A stretch of 39,240 nt of DNA from Halocafeteria seosinensis (taxonomy: Eukaryota). How positions within the stretch are numbered: position 1 is the first letter of the stretch; the number at the start of each line of letters is the position of its first letter. The notes under the pieces are model-generated. The model worked only from the letters and a program-made list of their open reading frames with translations, was not told the origin of the DNA and did not search any database. Made by a program: the position numbers and the translations under genes. The stretch is taken from the NCBI GenBank assembly GCA_001687465.1, contig LVLI01000330.1:1-39240 (forward strand), in the 5' to 3' direction. This document shows, in pieces, positions 1 through 12,187 of this stretch.

Positions 1-530
1 CCACCTTCAACAGGATGCTCCACATCAATGGGAATCTTGAGCTCCCGAAGAGCACGCTGCAAGATTCTACAAATCGCGTGATGCCGCTTGGTTCTCAGAG
101 CCGCCGATCCCTCCGCCGCACAACTCAGGGCATGATGAACTAATCGTGTATCAAGCCACAACTCACCTTTCCCGAAGATCACAAACATATCAAAAACATG
201 GAGACAAGCCGGACGGTTCCGCAAGTCCGAGAGAAAGTCCACGTGAATGGTGGCTGTGGAAGGGCCACCAACCAATTGGCTGCTCCAAATTGTCGACAGG
301 CCTGAAGTCACCAATTTCCGAAAGTTCTTCCGTTCACCTACAGCCTCGTGACATGCAGTTTCGACAACCGCTTCAATAATCCTTCTGCACGAACTCCAAG
401 GCGTCCAGTGGCCTCTGCAGCGAAAGGGACAACTTCGCGATCATACTCCTTCAGGTAGGCGGTTAGTCTTGAGTGTTTCACATCCTTGGAGTGTTACCCT
501 CCTATCAGCGTCTGGCCGCCCACGACGTTT
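1..530 (-). mobile_element. Degenerate fragments of an RLE-type (CRE/NeSL/R2-like) non-LTR retrotransposon
   Basis: Minus strand ~140..1 reads HHALSCAAEGSAALRTKRHHAICRILQRALRELKIPIDVEHPVEG (end of zinc knuckle H-x3-C, RH motif, E-x-P) and runs off the window; ~490..340 reads KDVKHSRLTAYLKEYDREVVPFAAEATGRLGVRAEGLLKRLSK (RLE C-terminal PFAxExxGxxG motif); ~525..500 reads KRRGRPD (RPD catalytic motif). Frameshifts and stops lie between the pieces. Confidence 0.65.
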
Positions 531-731
531 GCTAGTAAACTCAGACAGTGCCTAGCTAAAGCACATCTTCCGAGAGCTGTCTGTTTGGTTTCGAGTTACT
601 GCGGTGTAATCAAGTTGTCGAGATGTAACTTAGACTTCTCAACCATACGTCCGTCCTTTTGGGTTGTATTGCACAATTGCCGGTATCAGGGACTAGGAAC
701 GAAACCACGTCATCCCCAAGTATAAACATAC

Positions 732-3700
732 TTATTCTTTGCTCGCGGTAATAACGGAATACCAGTGATAGAAAGAAGATGTCACGGTTTCCGAGAGTTC
801 TTCGAAATTTTCTGGATCTAGTGAGTTGGACTGGATCTTCTGCAAAGCTCTGAGGGATCCTTCCATGCTATATGTGAGGTCGCGCTGAAATGGCTCATTA
901 CTGTCCAGCGCAGGCGCCACACGCATATTAGCTGCGTAGCAAGGCAGGACTTCCTGAAGCCACGAAAGCATACTCTCCTTCTCTGCGACCAAAAATGACG
1001 GAAAGTAGTCCAACACATCTCGAGGAATATGGAGTTTAGGAGGGGCCTCCTCCAGCTTCTTGTTGCGCTTTGGCACCCAAGTTTCATTGAAGATAGAGGA
1101 ATTCAGGCATAAGAAGCCCGCTGCCCGGGCCTTGTTCGTAATCTCATTCACACTTGGGAAAGAAGTACGGACAGGAGATACTTTCTTGGAGGAGCCTATT
1201 AAATCGCTCCGCACTCCGATGCTGTTTAGTACGTGGATCAAGCCCGCAGGCAGTTGTTTCATCATCTCGCCTTTAGTTTTTTCGGAATCCTCCGTCTTAA
1301 GTCCCAAGCATTGCAAGAATCTAACCAACTCGTGCTTCTCTGTAGGGTTCCTAGCTATTTCAGAGAAAGCTGACCCCTGTTTGCACTGCGTTAACACATG
1401 AGTGCATTCGACCAGACGTTCGGGAGCAAGTGCGGCTGTTTCTTCATCAATAGAAGGTCGTTGTTGAGGAAATAAGTTCTCCAAGAAAGTAATATGTCCG
1501 GAGCGAAGATTTAACTTCCCCAGCGATCGCCCAACAGTAGACAATGTCATTGGGAATGAGACGGGAATGAGATCATTCAAGTCTACCACAGCTATCTGAT
1601 TTTTCAACCTGTTGAGAGCAGAGTTGTCCCCTTCGTGAAGCAATCGCCGTTTAAACTCAGCATCCTGGTTATTGACAAATTCTGTCATCCGTTGGAGAGC
1701 GTTTGACCTATGTCTGTTTGGGATACCGTCGAGATACTCAGTTACGAACCTGGACCACGTCTGGGACCTAAGCCAGGAGTCTTTTGCCCACGTCCAAAGT
1801 ATATACCACACGGCATCATCTATGTTAATATCATTTCCGGCACTGCTGATGTACGTTTCTAATCTCTGTGCGATGCGGGATCCATGTCTGTACGGCGCAT
1901 GTTTGAGGGCATCTATCATAGGATTGAGTAGCTCAAGCAAGAATTTTACAGATACAGTGTCAGCAATACCCTCTACTGAAGGATACAAACACGCGCCTTC
2001 AAGTTTGGAGAAATTGCCTGTCCTCGTACCGCAAATCAAAAGAAGCAGCGAAACAAGGAAATCTGCTGCTTCAGTAGAATACAGTTCACGTTGAATATGA
2101 TATATGTGAACTTGCCATGAACAGTCGCGAGCATCTAGCCCTGTTAAATCATACACCGCACTTAGATGCTGTGGAACGGACGCATCAATGAAATTTGTGG
2201 TTGTAGTTCCTTGCTGGTTTTCTTCCAGGGAAGCGGTATGAAGCGTGGCGATATCTTTCTCTTCAGGGACAAAGACACATTGTCGGATTCGTTCCCGTTC
2301 TTTCTTCCCCGAAGCCTCTCCCTCCTCTTCGTGCAACTGGTCTTCAAGATCACATACAATACCGTTTAATACGGCGAAAAGACGTAGCCTGGGATTTTGA
2401 GTATATGCGTTTCGTAGGGAGTCGAAAAAATAACATATTTCTTCTTCTGCAACGGCTTTGATACCAAATATCGCTATGAAAAAATTATAGACGTAATACG
2501 GCAGTTTCTGCGACATCAGCACGTAATGTAAAACTCCTGTTCCCCCAAGCTGCCAACTATCATTGCAGGTACGTACCGCTGAAGTGTCACTCCAAGACTC
2601 TCCGGAATGCCGCGCATAGTACAGCAACAGAACGTTAATCATGCCCATTAGAGTACTAACCTGTAAGCCGGTAGCCCGGGCGTCCAATAATCCTTCAAGT
2701 TTGCGGCTCCGAAAGAATAAGTAGTCTCTTCGGGTTGCCTTTAACCGGTGGTCGAATAGTTTCATATACCCCAGTGGGGCACCAAAGGTTAGGTCTAACA
2801 TTCGTGACTTGAAAGTCGACTGAATCAATGCCGCATTGAAAGACTTCTTGCATTGCTGTAGAACGCGCAGAGAAATGTGAGTGATGTTGATCACGGTTGC
2901 CCTTTCCACGGTGGACGGGTCATTTGGTCGCTTCGTCAGCTCGGTCTTCATCAAAATATCCTTTATACTCGCGGAGTCGATTGACGACAGCGTAAAGGGG
3001 TCATTGCGGAAAATATTCTCGAGAGCTAGGAGTTCTTCTCTGACAACAGAAATCGGGTTTATAGCGATTAGTCGGGCATTTCTCTGCAGGTTGACGTCTC
3101 TAATCCACAACAGCAGCTGAAGCAACCCCCGATATGCAGAAAGGGCTCGGATACCATTTGGACATGGGGTAATCCCTGCCGATGATGAAGACTTCGAATT
3201 GTGCCGCGGGTTAAGGGCTGATTCAATTTCAGCCCGGACCATCGAGATGCGCCGCTGGACAGTGTCTCGTATGTCATACGGAGCATTATCGATCCATGGT
3301 TGCATATCTTGCATGAAGATGCAGTAGTGCTGGTAGACTAGGTAGGCCAGATCCGTTCTATACCGAGCACTGAGAAGAACGTGCGGTGGTTCACTGGTTT
3401 CATAGGGAGACCATGCAATGGTTCGGGAGAAGAAGTTATTCATCTCCAAAGAGTTCATAAAACTATCAAAGCTCACTACACCACCACCCATCGTGAAAGA
3501 GTCTCGATACACTTTTGCACATTCAAGGGGGCGGATTGACGGGTCTATCATGGACAATATGGTTGCTACTTGCTTCAAAGTAAGCGAAGAATGCTCACCC
3601 CGAGCTCGCCGCTTTCTAGCAACCGACAAACCCTTGTTGCTCGCGTTTCCACGAGTTGCCTCTTTTTGAAGAAGTGCAACATCAAACATGACGCGTATTG

Positions 3701-6500
3701 TTGCCCTCCTGTGGGACTGTTCCGTATGGTACTCTTCAAGCATTGTCTGAAGCCACGTGAATAAACTAATGCACATAGTTTCCTCTGTACCGCTTGATGA
3801 TGTCGTCTCTTCAGTCACTTTCACCGGATGAGTAGAACCAGTCAGTAGTAAGGCAACAGAGTTTTCTCCTCTCATGTGATTCTTGTCTCCGGTCTTGGTC
3901 GTGATTCTCCCTTCAGCAGGGAGGCAATTCTCTTTAATGCGGGACACTATGGAAGAGCGAACCTCCTGTGGCGAATTTTGGAAAACAAGGCCGGTCGCTT
4001 CGATAGCTTCGGATTGCCCTACCCACACTGTTGGTGGTACGATTTCATTGATATCATCGTCTGCAGGAGCCTCATCTTCTCCACTTACACCGACTCCGGA
4101 CATACCTGAGTCACTAGTCGAGGATGACCTAACAGAGTCAGGCATCTCTTCAACGGTATCGTCATCTTCCGTAGGACCCCATCCTCTGGCGGAAACACTA
4201 CATGAGCGAATTACGTAAATGCAGTACAGCGAAAAAGTGAGCTCATCAATACCATGGCGCTCGTCCACCCAATCAAGGAGCAGTTTGGCCTCTTTGCTTC
4301 CTTGTGTAGAACGAGACTTGTCCAAGTCATGTTGCTTGCAGGAAGAATGCATCTGGTTCTCACGAGACGCCAATTCTTTTAGGCCACTATAAAACGCCCA
4401 GCAGTTACTGTTTACTTCTCTGAGGGCTCCGGAAGACAGATTAACGTCACCATCTTCTGAGCTCTCACTGTGCATCTCACCAATTTGGCCCGTTCGAGGT
4501 TGCCTCATCTTCGAGTGGACAAGTACGCGCATCCCGTTCTGCTTGGTTTCCAATGGCATAAACCAGGAGTACACATATTCAGGCATCCGGAGCTGATGCA
4601 AGCCGTAGCGAGAGTTTATAAAATGTTCACGCATCATTGAAAGCAGTATGGACCGGCAACACCACCGAACCCACGGCGCGGAACGTTTTATAGGAGACTG
4701 CCGACTCTTTTCGGGGTTGGGAAGCAGAGCTCGGAAAAAGACACAGTAGTTATCTTTGGATTTCCGTGATTCCTTGAGTCCTTCGGCTTTTTCGTGTTCC
4801 ATTGCGATCGATTCTCGTATGTCTGATTCCTCCACCGAGTTAGCGCTCATTTCACTAGTACCCCCTGCAGCGATTTGGGCGGCATTCTCGAAACTCTCGG
4901 GTTCATCTAATTCTTGGGTATTTTGAAACAATTTCGCCTTATAATGCTCTCTAACGTCTCCTTCCGCTCCATAAGTCTTCACTTGTTCTCGCATCTGGGT
5001 AGAGAGCAGCGCCTTCGTGTTGACCAGGCGACTACTGATGTTGTTCCGTTCCCCGCGCAAACTCTGCACATCCTCTTGGGACATATTCAACCTTTCTTTC
5101 AAGCTTGTCACTTGCTGCTCCAGTTGGTACATATTTGCCAGCTGATGCTTTTGTCTGTGTAACGCAGCCTTCAACTGCTGGTTTTCTTGCTGGAGTTCAA
5201 GTATGTCCACATTGTACTCGGCATTATGCATTTCAACGAGCCCTTCCTTTAAGTCTTGCTGGATCTCTCGATCTGCCTCCAAACTTTCAGTACGTTCCCG
5301 CGCGGTAACAATCGGTTTTGTTCCGTCCTCACGAGCAGAGAGACCACTACGTCTGCAGATGATTCGAAGGATTGCCAGATAGCGGTTTCGCTCAAGAGTA
5401 CGTCAGTTAACACTCACCCGGTTCTAGGGGATGTGTGGATATCCCTAGAAGACTTCCTCGATGATTTCTGAGACTTTGGCTGATCATTGAGCTTGGCACA
5501 GTACGCTGGCAGAAGCCGGGAGACGCACTGAAGACAGTCCCTGGTAATTGCAGCATAACACTCCCGGAGCAATGTTACCAATCTTCCGTGCTCAGAGCAC
5601 GATGAAGACAACTGGACGCACCTCAAGGTAGAGACACATACCAAAAGACACAAGTAACGGAATAACTGAAGTGCCACCTACCTGAACTCCGAGTTCCCCT
5701 TGAACGATGTCTGTCCACTTCTGTCGAAGTAAGATCTTCATTATTTCCATAACCAATTCCGAACGAAGACTCTCCATGGCCGGTAAGTTCCCAGTGTTTT
5801 CATCGACTAGCTTCTGAGCTGTCGACATGGCCGCTACGACATTCTGGTCCATGGCGGAGTTCTCTAAGCGAATAGAAGTGTATTTTTGTCCTCGATCCAG
5901 CTGACTTTTAAGAGTATTGTATTGCTTGATGAAGTCTTCATATAGACTTAGCAATCGTTGTGCATCGGCCCTTTGCGCAGGCTTACCTAAGTCTGAAGAC
6001 TCACTCAATCTGCTCCAAGTAAAATCCGAGTGATGTGTCGCATGTTCAGCGAAATACCGTGTATGCATACCCAGACCCTTCACTCTCGTGCCCGTGTGGG
6101 ACCCTTCATGATAACTTCGCAAGCTGTGGGGAGCCACCTGATCCTCGTCTTTCCGCTCCGTTCGTGAAGGACTGTGGTACAGGTCTTTCGTCACTTGTTG
6201 CCGGTCAACGGCGAAAGTGCTCTCCTTCATGATAGACTCCAGCGACAACCGGCTTTTTTCAGGATCTAGCCTCCATCTCCCCGCAGCAAATTCCCCTGTG
6301 GAGGATGACTTTGTCATGCCATGGAGCTTTGAACCAGTTTTCGTCGTCCTCGGAGCCTCCGTCGCACCCTGCTTGCCATGTACAGTGGGGAGCTGAACCG
6401 CAGACTCTGTCAGCCGCTGGGAACTTTGACCAGACTTTACGCTTCTCTGTCTCCATTGCCGCTGTTCGCGGAGGGAATCGGCAAGTCTTTGGGAATGCAT
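732..6500 (-). CDS. Large coiled-coil protein (~1,880 aa) with an axonemal dynein light chain-like N-terminal segment and TSNAXIP1-like motifs; 3 exons
   Basis: ORFs 5592..6557, 5414..5677 and 732..5282 join in frame via GT-AG introns 5681..5612 (70 nt) and 5417..5353 (65 nt); first ATG at 6500. The spliced junction gives WTDIVQGELGVQLSSSCSEHGRLVTLLRECY (like the ELxRQVxxxCxERGxLL motif), then a long coiled coil, then MPEYVYSWF and LPYYVYNFFIAIFGIKAVAEEEICYFFDSLRNAYTQNPRLRLF. Confidence 0.8.
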
Positions 6501-7763
6501 TATCGATGAAACAGCAGCAGTACGTTGATTAACGGCTCGCCTCGTAACAAAATGCACTTGATTACCCTACCGTCAACAACTAGCGTAAAGAGGGATTGAC
6601 GGCCTGTACAAAATAATGCTACAATTTGAAAAATGGCTTATGACACAATACTTTGGTACAAGCTTGGGGTTGCAGGTTGGCAATGGCTGCCACTGAATGC
6701 AGCTCGCATAACTTGCGACCACCCAGCGTGGGCGCCGGTGACCGGCCGGTGGCTGCCGCGGGGCGGGACGTTCAGCTCCAAGAGATGGCACTCGGTTCGT
6801 ACTGCTGTTTAAAACAAAATTCTGAGCTCAATGCACTGTAAACTAATGTTAGTCTATTGTAATGCTTTCTAAAATACAGCCCATTCTACGATTAACATCA
6901 CCAAAGTACGCGGAGGGACAGCTGGACCAGTTGCACTCCATTATGTGTCCCCGGATCAAGAAGCGAGAGGTTCAAGAGGTAAAAGTAAGTGCTGGGGAAC
7001 ACAACACGAACAAATCAATCCGCGCTTCGTGTGAGTGTATTGTCAGTGGAACTGTAGTGTCAATTCATCCAGCGGAACCCAACAGTGCCATACAACAAAA
7101 CTGATTTACACATGTTTACCCATCCACCGTAAAACGAAAGGATCAAACGACATTCTCCTGGTACCTTGACCGGTACAACACAGCCAACGTGGATTATCTA
7201 TACAGTCAGCTGTAAACCATGTGGTGCCACTGACGCAATACCGGAAGACAGGAAATTGCTGCCAAGATGGGCCGTGCACAACTGGTGCAAATGTCTCGAG
7301 CAAAACTCTGAATACTGAATAACATACACTGGAAGAGCTTCAAGTATCGCAGTACCCGTCCCGATCGCATCCCCAAACGACACAACGAGCACCTCCGTTG
7401 TCTCCAGATGTTCAGCAACATCGGCTATCGGCCGTAGTGCATTTGAGCTCGGTCTTCTATAACAGCCGGAGGACTTTATGCTTGCGAGACATATGATACG
7501 GTTTCACTCAGCAGCACATAAGGCGTCAAATGGTAGGTCGGGTACTAGCATTATCCTATAGGTAAGCATTAAACGGCATGTTGGGAGTGTCCACTTAGAG
7601 AGGACTGAGAGCCAGTTCCAACAATCAACTCCGGTCAATTTGATAATTAACCATCTGAACCATTTCTTGGCGGCTTCTCTCTGCCTGACTATTTCCCCGC
7701 CTGTGCTAGACAACGCTACCATCATAATAGCTTGGTTTGACTTCCAGCGCGCTTCGTTTCAAC

Positions 7764-10168
7764 TTAGTGAGCCACCAATGCCTTATACTGTGTGTGGTTT
7801 GATTTCCTATCCCGGTATTCCGGTTTCGCGGAACAGCTATTAGAGGCAGGTGCCGAATGTTCCCGTTTGGCGTCATAGAGTTCTTTCTCAAACTCATCTA
7901 AGGTCAGCTGGGCTTTGTGTTGTACTAGCCGGTGCCAGTGCGACCGACACTCGGAAGACTTCAGCGTTTGTAGCACCGGTTCATACAGTTCACTGTTTGT
8001 TAGTAGCCACAAAGGCAAATGAGTTGCAGATTCATGAGGATTGCACACTGTTACTGCTTCCAGAGCAACCGAAATGTGGCTACTAGACGCACACTTCGCC
8101 AGACGATTTGCAAACCGCTGTAGGAGGCTGTAGCCTGAATGATATACGATGCTACGTTCAACCCCGTTGGTGGATTCAGCGGATTTTCCTACTGATGGAG
8201 CTGGAGGCTCGTGATCACTGGCCCAATGGTTAACCGTTGTGGACAAAAGCTGCATGAATGAAAGTTGTTGCCCGCTATCGGAACGGGGGAAGCATCGAAG
8301 CATCTTATCTACTACCTGCCTACCAAGAAGGACGTTACCAGTGATTACAGCGGTTGCACACTGAATGAAGAGGTTATACTCCTCACATAACACAGAATTG
8401 AGGTGCATAAGACCGTAAAGCAATGTTTGAATAAGTTTCTGAGCGGTCTGTTCCGGTGCATGTTCGCTGACATTTCCACATTTAGAAGTCTCCCTGAACG
8501 ACTTATTCGGCTGCCGAGTTCTGCACCTTGTAGGAGGGACGTCAAGTCGTCCGCTTTGGCCAGTTAAGACATATATGATAAATGACAGTAATTCCTTCAC
8601 CGTGGACTCCTCTGATGGCGGTTGCCATTGACCAACACCAGTGCAGTTACTCTCTTCTGGCTTGTGCGTCCTCCTCTGCCCTCTGCAGCAGTCGACATAT
8701 TGCGTCACCGCATGAGATACCAATTCGAACAACTTGACCCTGAACCGGGAGCGCGGACAACTTCTCACGGTGCCATCGTACAGACCTCTTAAAATGTGCA
8801 TCAAGTAAATTTTCTGGACAACTGGTATATCTCGGAACTGTAAGTAGGTGATTACTGTATTAGCGAACCGTGGCTGGCCAACACTGGAGTGACGCTGTTT
8901 CACCAATCCCAACAAGACCTCCAAGAATGCAGTGTCGTGTTGGGAACGAATTCGTAAGCCGCGTACGACAAAGGGATCACATCCAGCAGAAAATCTTCCT
9001 CGTAGACCAACTATGCACCCATTGGTCTCACGTCCCAACGAAAGCGTAAGCAGGGACGATATAGCGGTCTCGTTGTACTCAGTATTAGCTGTTTGCGAAG
9101 CCACCTCCGCGAGGTCCTCTGAGGGGTATATCGGCGTACTCGGATAGACGAGGGCAACTCCATCCGTTGATATTAGTACCGAAAGCAATCGGCTCACTTC
9201 AATCTCCGGTAGCCGTCGTTCGAGTATCTTCCTCAATGTACATTGACATAGTAGGACATCTACAGAAAGCAAGATATCACAAACCCTGGCTATCTCAAAT
9301 GAGGAGATCCCCAACAGGCACAGCTCAGCGCATATCATTGCAAGGGAGTAAATAATAGCAGTGTCAAATTCACGTCGAGCAATGACAGTGTCGACAGTAT
9401 CGGCTTTCTTCCGAACGCATGGCAACCAGCGGACGGCGTCAAATACAAACGTGTCACTAAGACAACGCTCTTTGCTATCCGATAGGCTGTCGCTGCTCGA
9501 TGATTCGAATAGTGTAACAGGAAGCACACTCACAACCCCATTTTGCTGAAATTCGGCAGCCCAATATACGTTCCATTCATTGCTTCCGGGACACCGGTAC
9601 AATGCACGCGCGGTATACTCGAAGCAACCTGCTCAGAATGAGAAAGACAACTCTTCGTTCACACAAATGCAACGATGGGCTCACCACGGTGACACTTACC
9701 CGTTCTTATGCAAGGCACAGTTACCGAATATACCCGTCTCGAAACGCAGTATTGTGGACGGCACCGAGGGGTTTGGGAATTTACTGCATTCGAGGACAAT
9801 GAATTTGCAGCGTGACACTGCAGTAAACGTGGGACATAACTAAACTTACCTTCGCGACACTCCAGCGGCTTCCAAAGCAAGTCAGCCTGTTCATCCACAT
9901 TCGTGGTTTCAGAATCGGTCTCAAGTTCTGTTGGGAGGTTTGTCCATATTTGCACCCTAGCGTTTTCGGGCGACGCTATGTGGAGCTCATCCTCAGGATG
10001 CAGGTCCCAGTGGACACTGAATGTGACGCAGCCCAATACATAGCGTTCATAGCAGGCTTGGTTATCTGGAGAAGGATGCATAGTAAGTTAGATGGTCATT
10101 TTATTTAGTAAAATGAGTTATACTGGGCAATTGTTAACGCACTTACCTTGATTTATTCTTAGGTGCAT
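7764..10168 (-). CDS. Divergent PP2A B56/B'-like helical-repeat protein with an N-terminal beta-rich module; at least 4 exons, start uncertain
   Basis: Introns 10146..10066, 9849..9784 and 9699..9629 join ORF 9659..10081 to ORF 7764..9602. The C-terminal half follows the B56 motif order: KIYLMHILRGLY (KTTLHRIY), ELLSFIIYVLTG (ELLEILGSIING), VVDKMLRCFPRSDSGQQLSFMQLL (LLKYWPKTxSxKEVMFLxEL), NRLAKCASSSHISVALEA (QLAKCVSSPHFQVAERA), SHWHRLV (HWNxxI). Confidence 0.7.
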
Positions 10169-10502
10169 CTTCGAACAAGATTTCTTCGCTCGCAAGCACG
10201 TTCGATCCGGCGTTTTGTCGTATTCCACTGGTGCTACGATAATTCGGCTTCAACTGCTCCCGGACCTGATTGGCCGGACGATGCTCATCTAAATGAGACT
10301 ACCTACTTCAGAAGCCCCTCAGTTGTCGAGGAATAAAATGCTTGGATTCTATAGCGTAATACTCAACACTTCAACCACACCACAGCAATCTGCTGGGCGC
10401 CCCTGGGTATTCCCTCAGAAAAGCCGAAGTACGGTCGCAGTCAATGTGTGTTTTCGCAACGTATGGTAAAAAATGGTATTCTCTTGAACTCGTCTCGTGC
10501 AG

Positions 10503-10730
10503 ATGCAGAACAGTGATTGTCCCGAAAACCTTCCGGACCGTGTGGTTTCTTCCCGGATTCGCTTCAATGACGCAGTGCCAAGCAGCTATTTGAAAAAGCT
10601 GCACTGGTCCTCCCGTATAGAGGCACAAGTGCCGTCCCGTTGTGCATGTCAGAGACAATCATACCTTCTATATGATCCTGAAACAGAAGAGCTAACAATT
10701 GGACTCTCTGACTCCGTACTACGTGGATGA
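10503..10730 (+). other. Possible small hypothetical exon/ORF
   Basis: Open frame MQNSDCPENL...GLSDSVLRG* directly follows an acceptor-like ctcgtgcag; no recognisable motif. Confidence 0.2.
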
Positions 10731-11293
10731 CGCCACTCCGTGGCTTGTGAAGCAAAACACGATTCAGATCGGGGTGAAGCAAGCGGAGAATCCTGGCAGC
10801 TCGTCTAGGGAGAATGCAGGGATGTGGAAACCAAACTGAAAAAAGACGAGTGCTCATAGTCAAACAAGGTAGGAATGCCCTCGTTCGCCTCTAGGGATGA
10901 TGAAGCATATTCCCCGGCGATTATCTCCCCGTTCCGGCGGCAGCCGCGGCCGACGACCATGTTAGAAGGTTCAGCAACGATGGAAAGCTATCGAACCCCT
11001 TTGTACACTCTCTCAATGGAATTCATCATTTTTATGCACAGGTCATTCCCCCCCCCCCCGGGTCTCTCTCTGAGTCAGCAACTTCACAGGCTGCCAGCAG
11101 AGTGACTGCCAGACAGTCCCCACTGGACTCCCCAGACTGGCAGCAGTGCCTGGCTGAGCCGCCATTCACACTGTGTTTCACAGGCACTGTGATGGACGTC
11201 AGGATAATCTGAAACTGGCTGACACGATTGACGGAAACACATTAGCAGGCTGCATGGAAGCGATTCTTTCCCAGATGTGCGAGGCAAGTAAAG

Positions 11294-12170
11294 ATGTTCA
11301 AACATCTCATAGGATCTACACTACTTAGGTATGCTGCCACGTTCCCGCTGCCAGTGCAACGCGGGCTGATTGCAAGGACGTTTGCATCCACTCCAATAGA
11401 GGGTAAGAGTCATTTGTAGACCCCATTTCAGTTGAGTCGCGTTCTGCGAACTAATTGTGTATTTTGTATGGCAGCCAACGAAATCCAGAAAAAGAAGTTG
11501 CTGGATTTTGACGGATCCTTATGGGTCGTTCGGAAGGTGCAACATGTGAAGCCAGGGAAAGGAGGGGCGTTCATGCAGGTGGAAATGAAGTCTCTCGATG
11601 GAGAGAAGAAACTTTCTCACCGATTCAGAAGCGAAGAAACAGTCTATAGAGCAGAACTCGATCCACCACAATTCTATCAATTACTTGTACGTCGTAATTC
11701 CTGACTGACCGACGGGTAAGCTGACTGACCAGAGCAACATTCGTGCAGTACACGGAAGAGGATTCGATGCACTTGATGCATAAAGAGACATTCGAACAAG
11801 TAAGCTGCCTACCATATCAACGGTAAAGCTCGCTTGAATCCATGGGGAGCGTGTTTCCCGTTTTGGATTATGTCAGATAGAGCTACCTGTCGACCTCATT
11901 GGAGGGGAAGAAATGAAGCCATTTCTCTCAGAAGGAATGGATATTAAAGTTGAATACTATAATGGAAAACCAGCGATCGTATCGCCGCCTTCAACGGGTG
12001 TTTATGAAGTCATAGACGCGGGATATGTACGCGCAGATACGAAGAACGACAGTCCCCACAAACAAGTTACGCTGGAAAATGGATATAGGTTAACCTGTCC
12101 TGGCTTCGTAAAGACGGGAGATAAAATCGTGGTGAAACTCGACACCTTAGAGTACGCCGATAGAGCATAA
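11294..12170 (+). CDS. efp: Organellar (mitochondrial-type) translation elongation factor P; 4 exons
   Basis: Exons 11294-11402, 11475-11686, 11749-11799 and 11877-12170 (introns 72, 62, 77 nt, all GT-AG). Spliced protein: presequence MFKHLIGSTLLRYAATFPLPVQRGLIARTFAS, then HVKPGKGGAFMQVEMK, HRFRSEETV, YQLLYTEEDSMHLMHKETFEQIEL, KQVTLENGYRLTCPGFVKTGDKIVV...YADRA. Confidence 0.95.
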
Positions 12171-12187
12171 CTGTGAATTTAGCGACA

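Noticed and set aside
6850..7720. Short ORFs between the large gene and the B56-like gene
   Set aside because: No start-to-stop spliced model or recognisable motif could be built.
8950..9030. IVGLRGRF resembling a jacalin lectin motif inside the B56-like gene
   Set aside because: An isolated short match with no surrounding beta-prism repeats.
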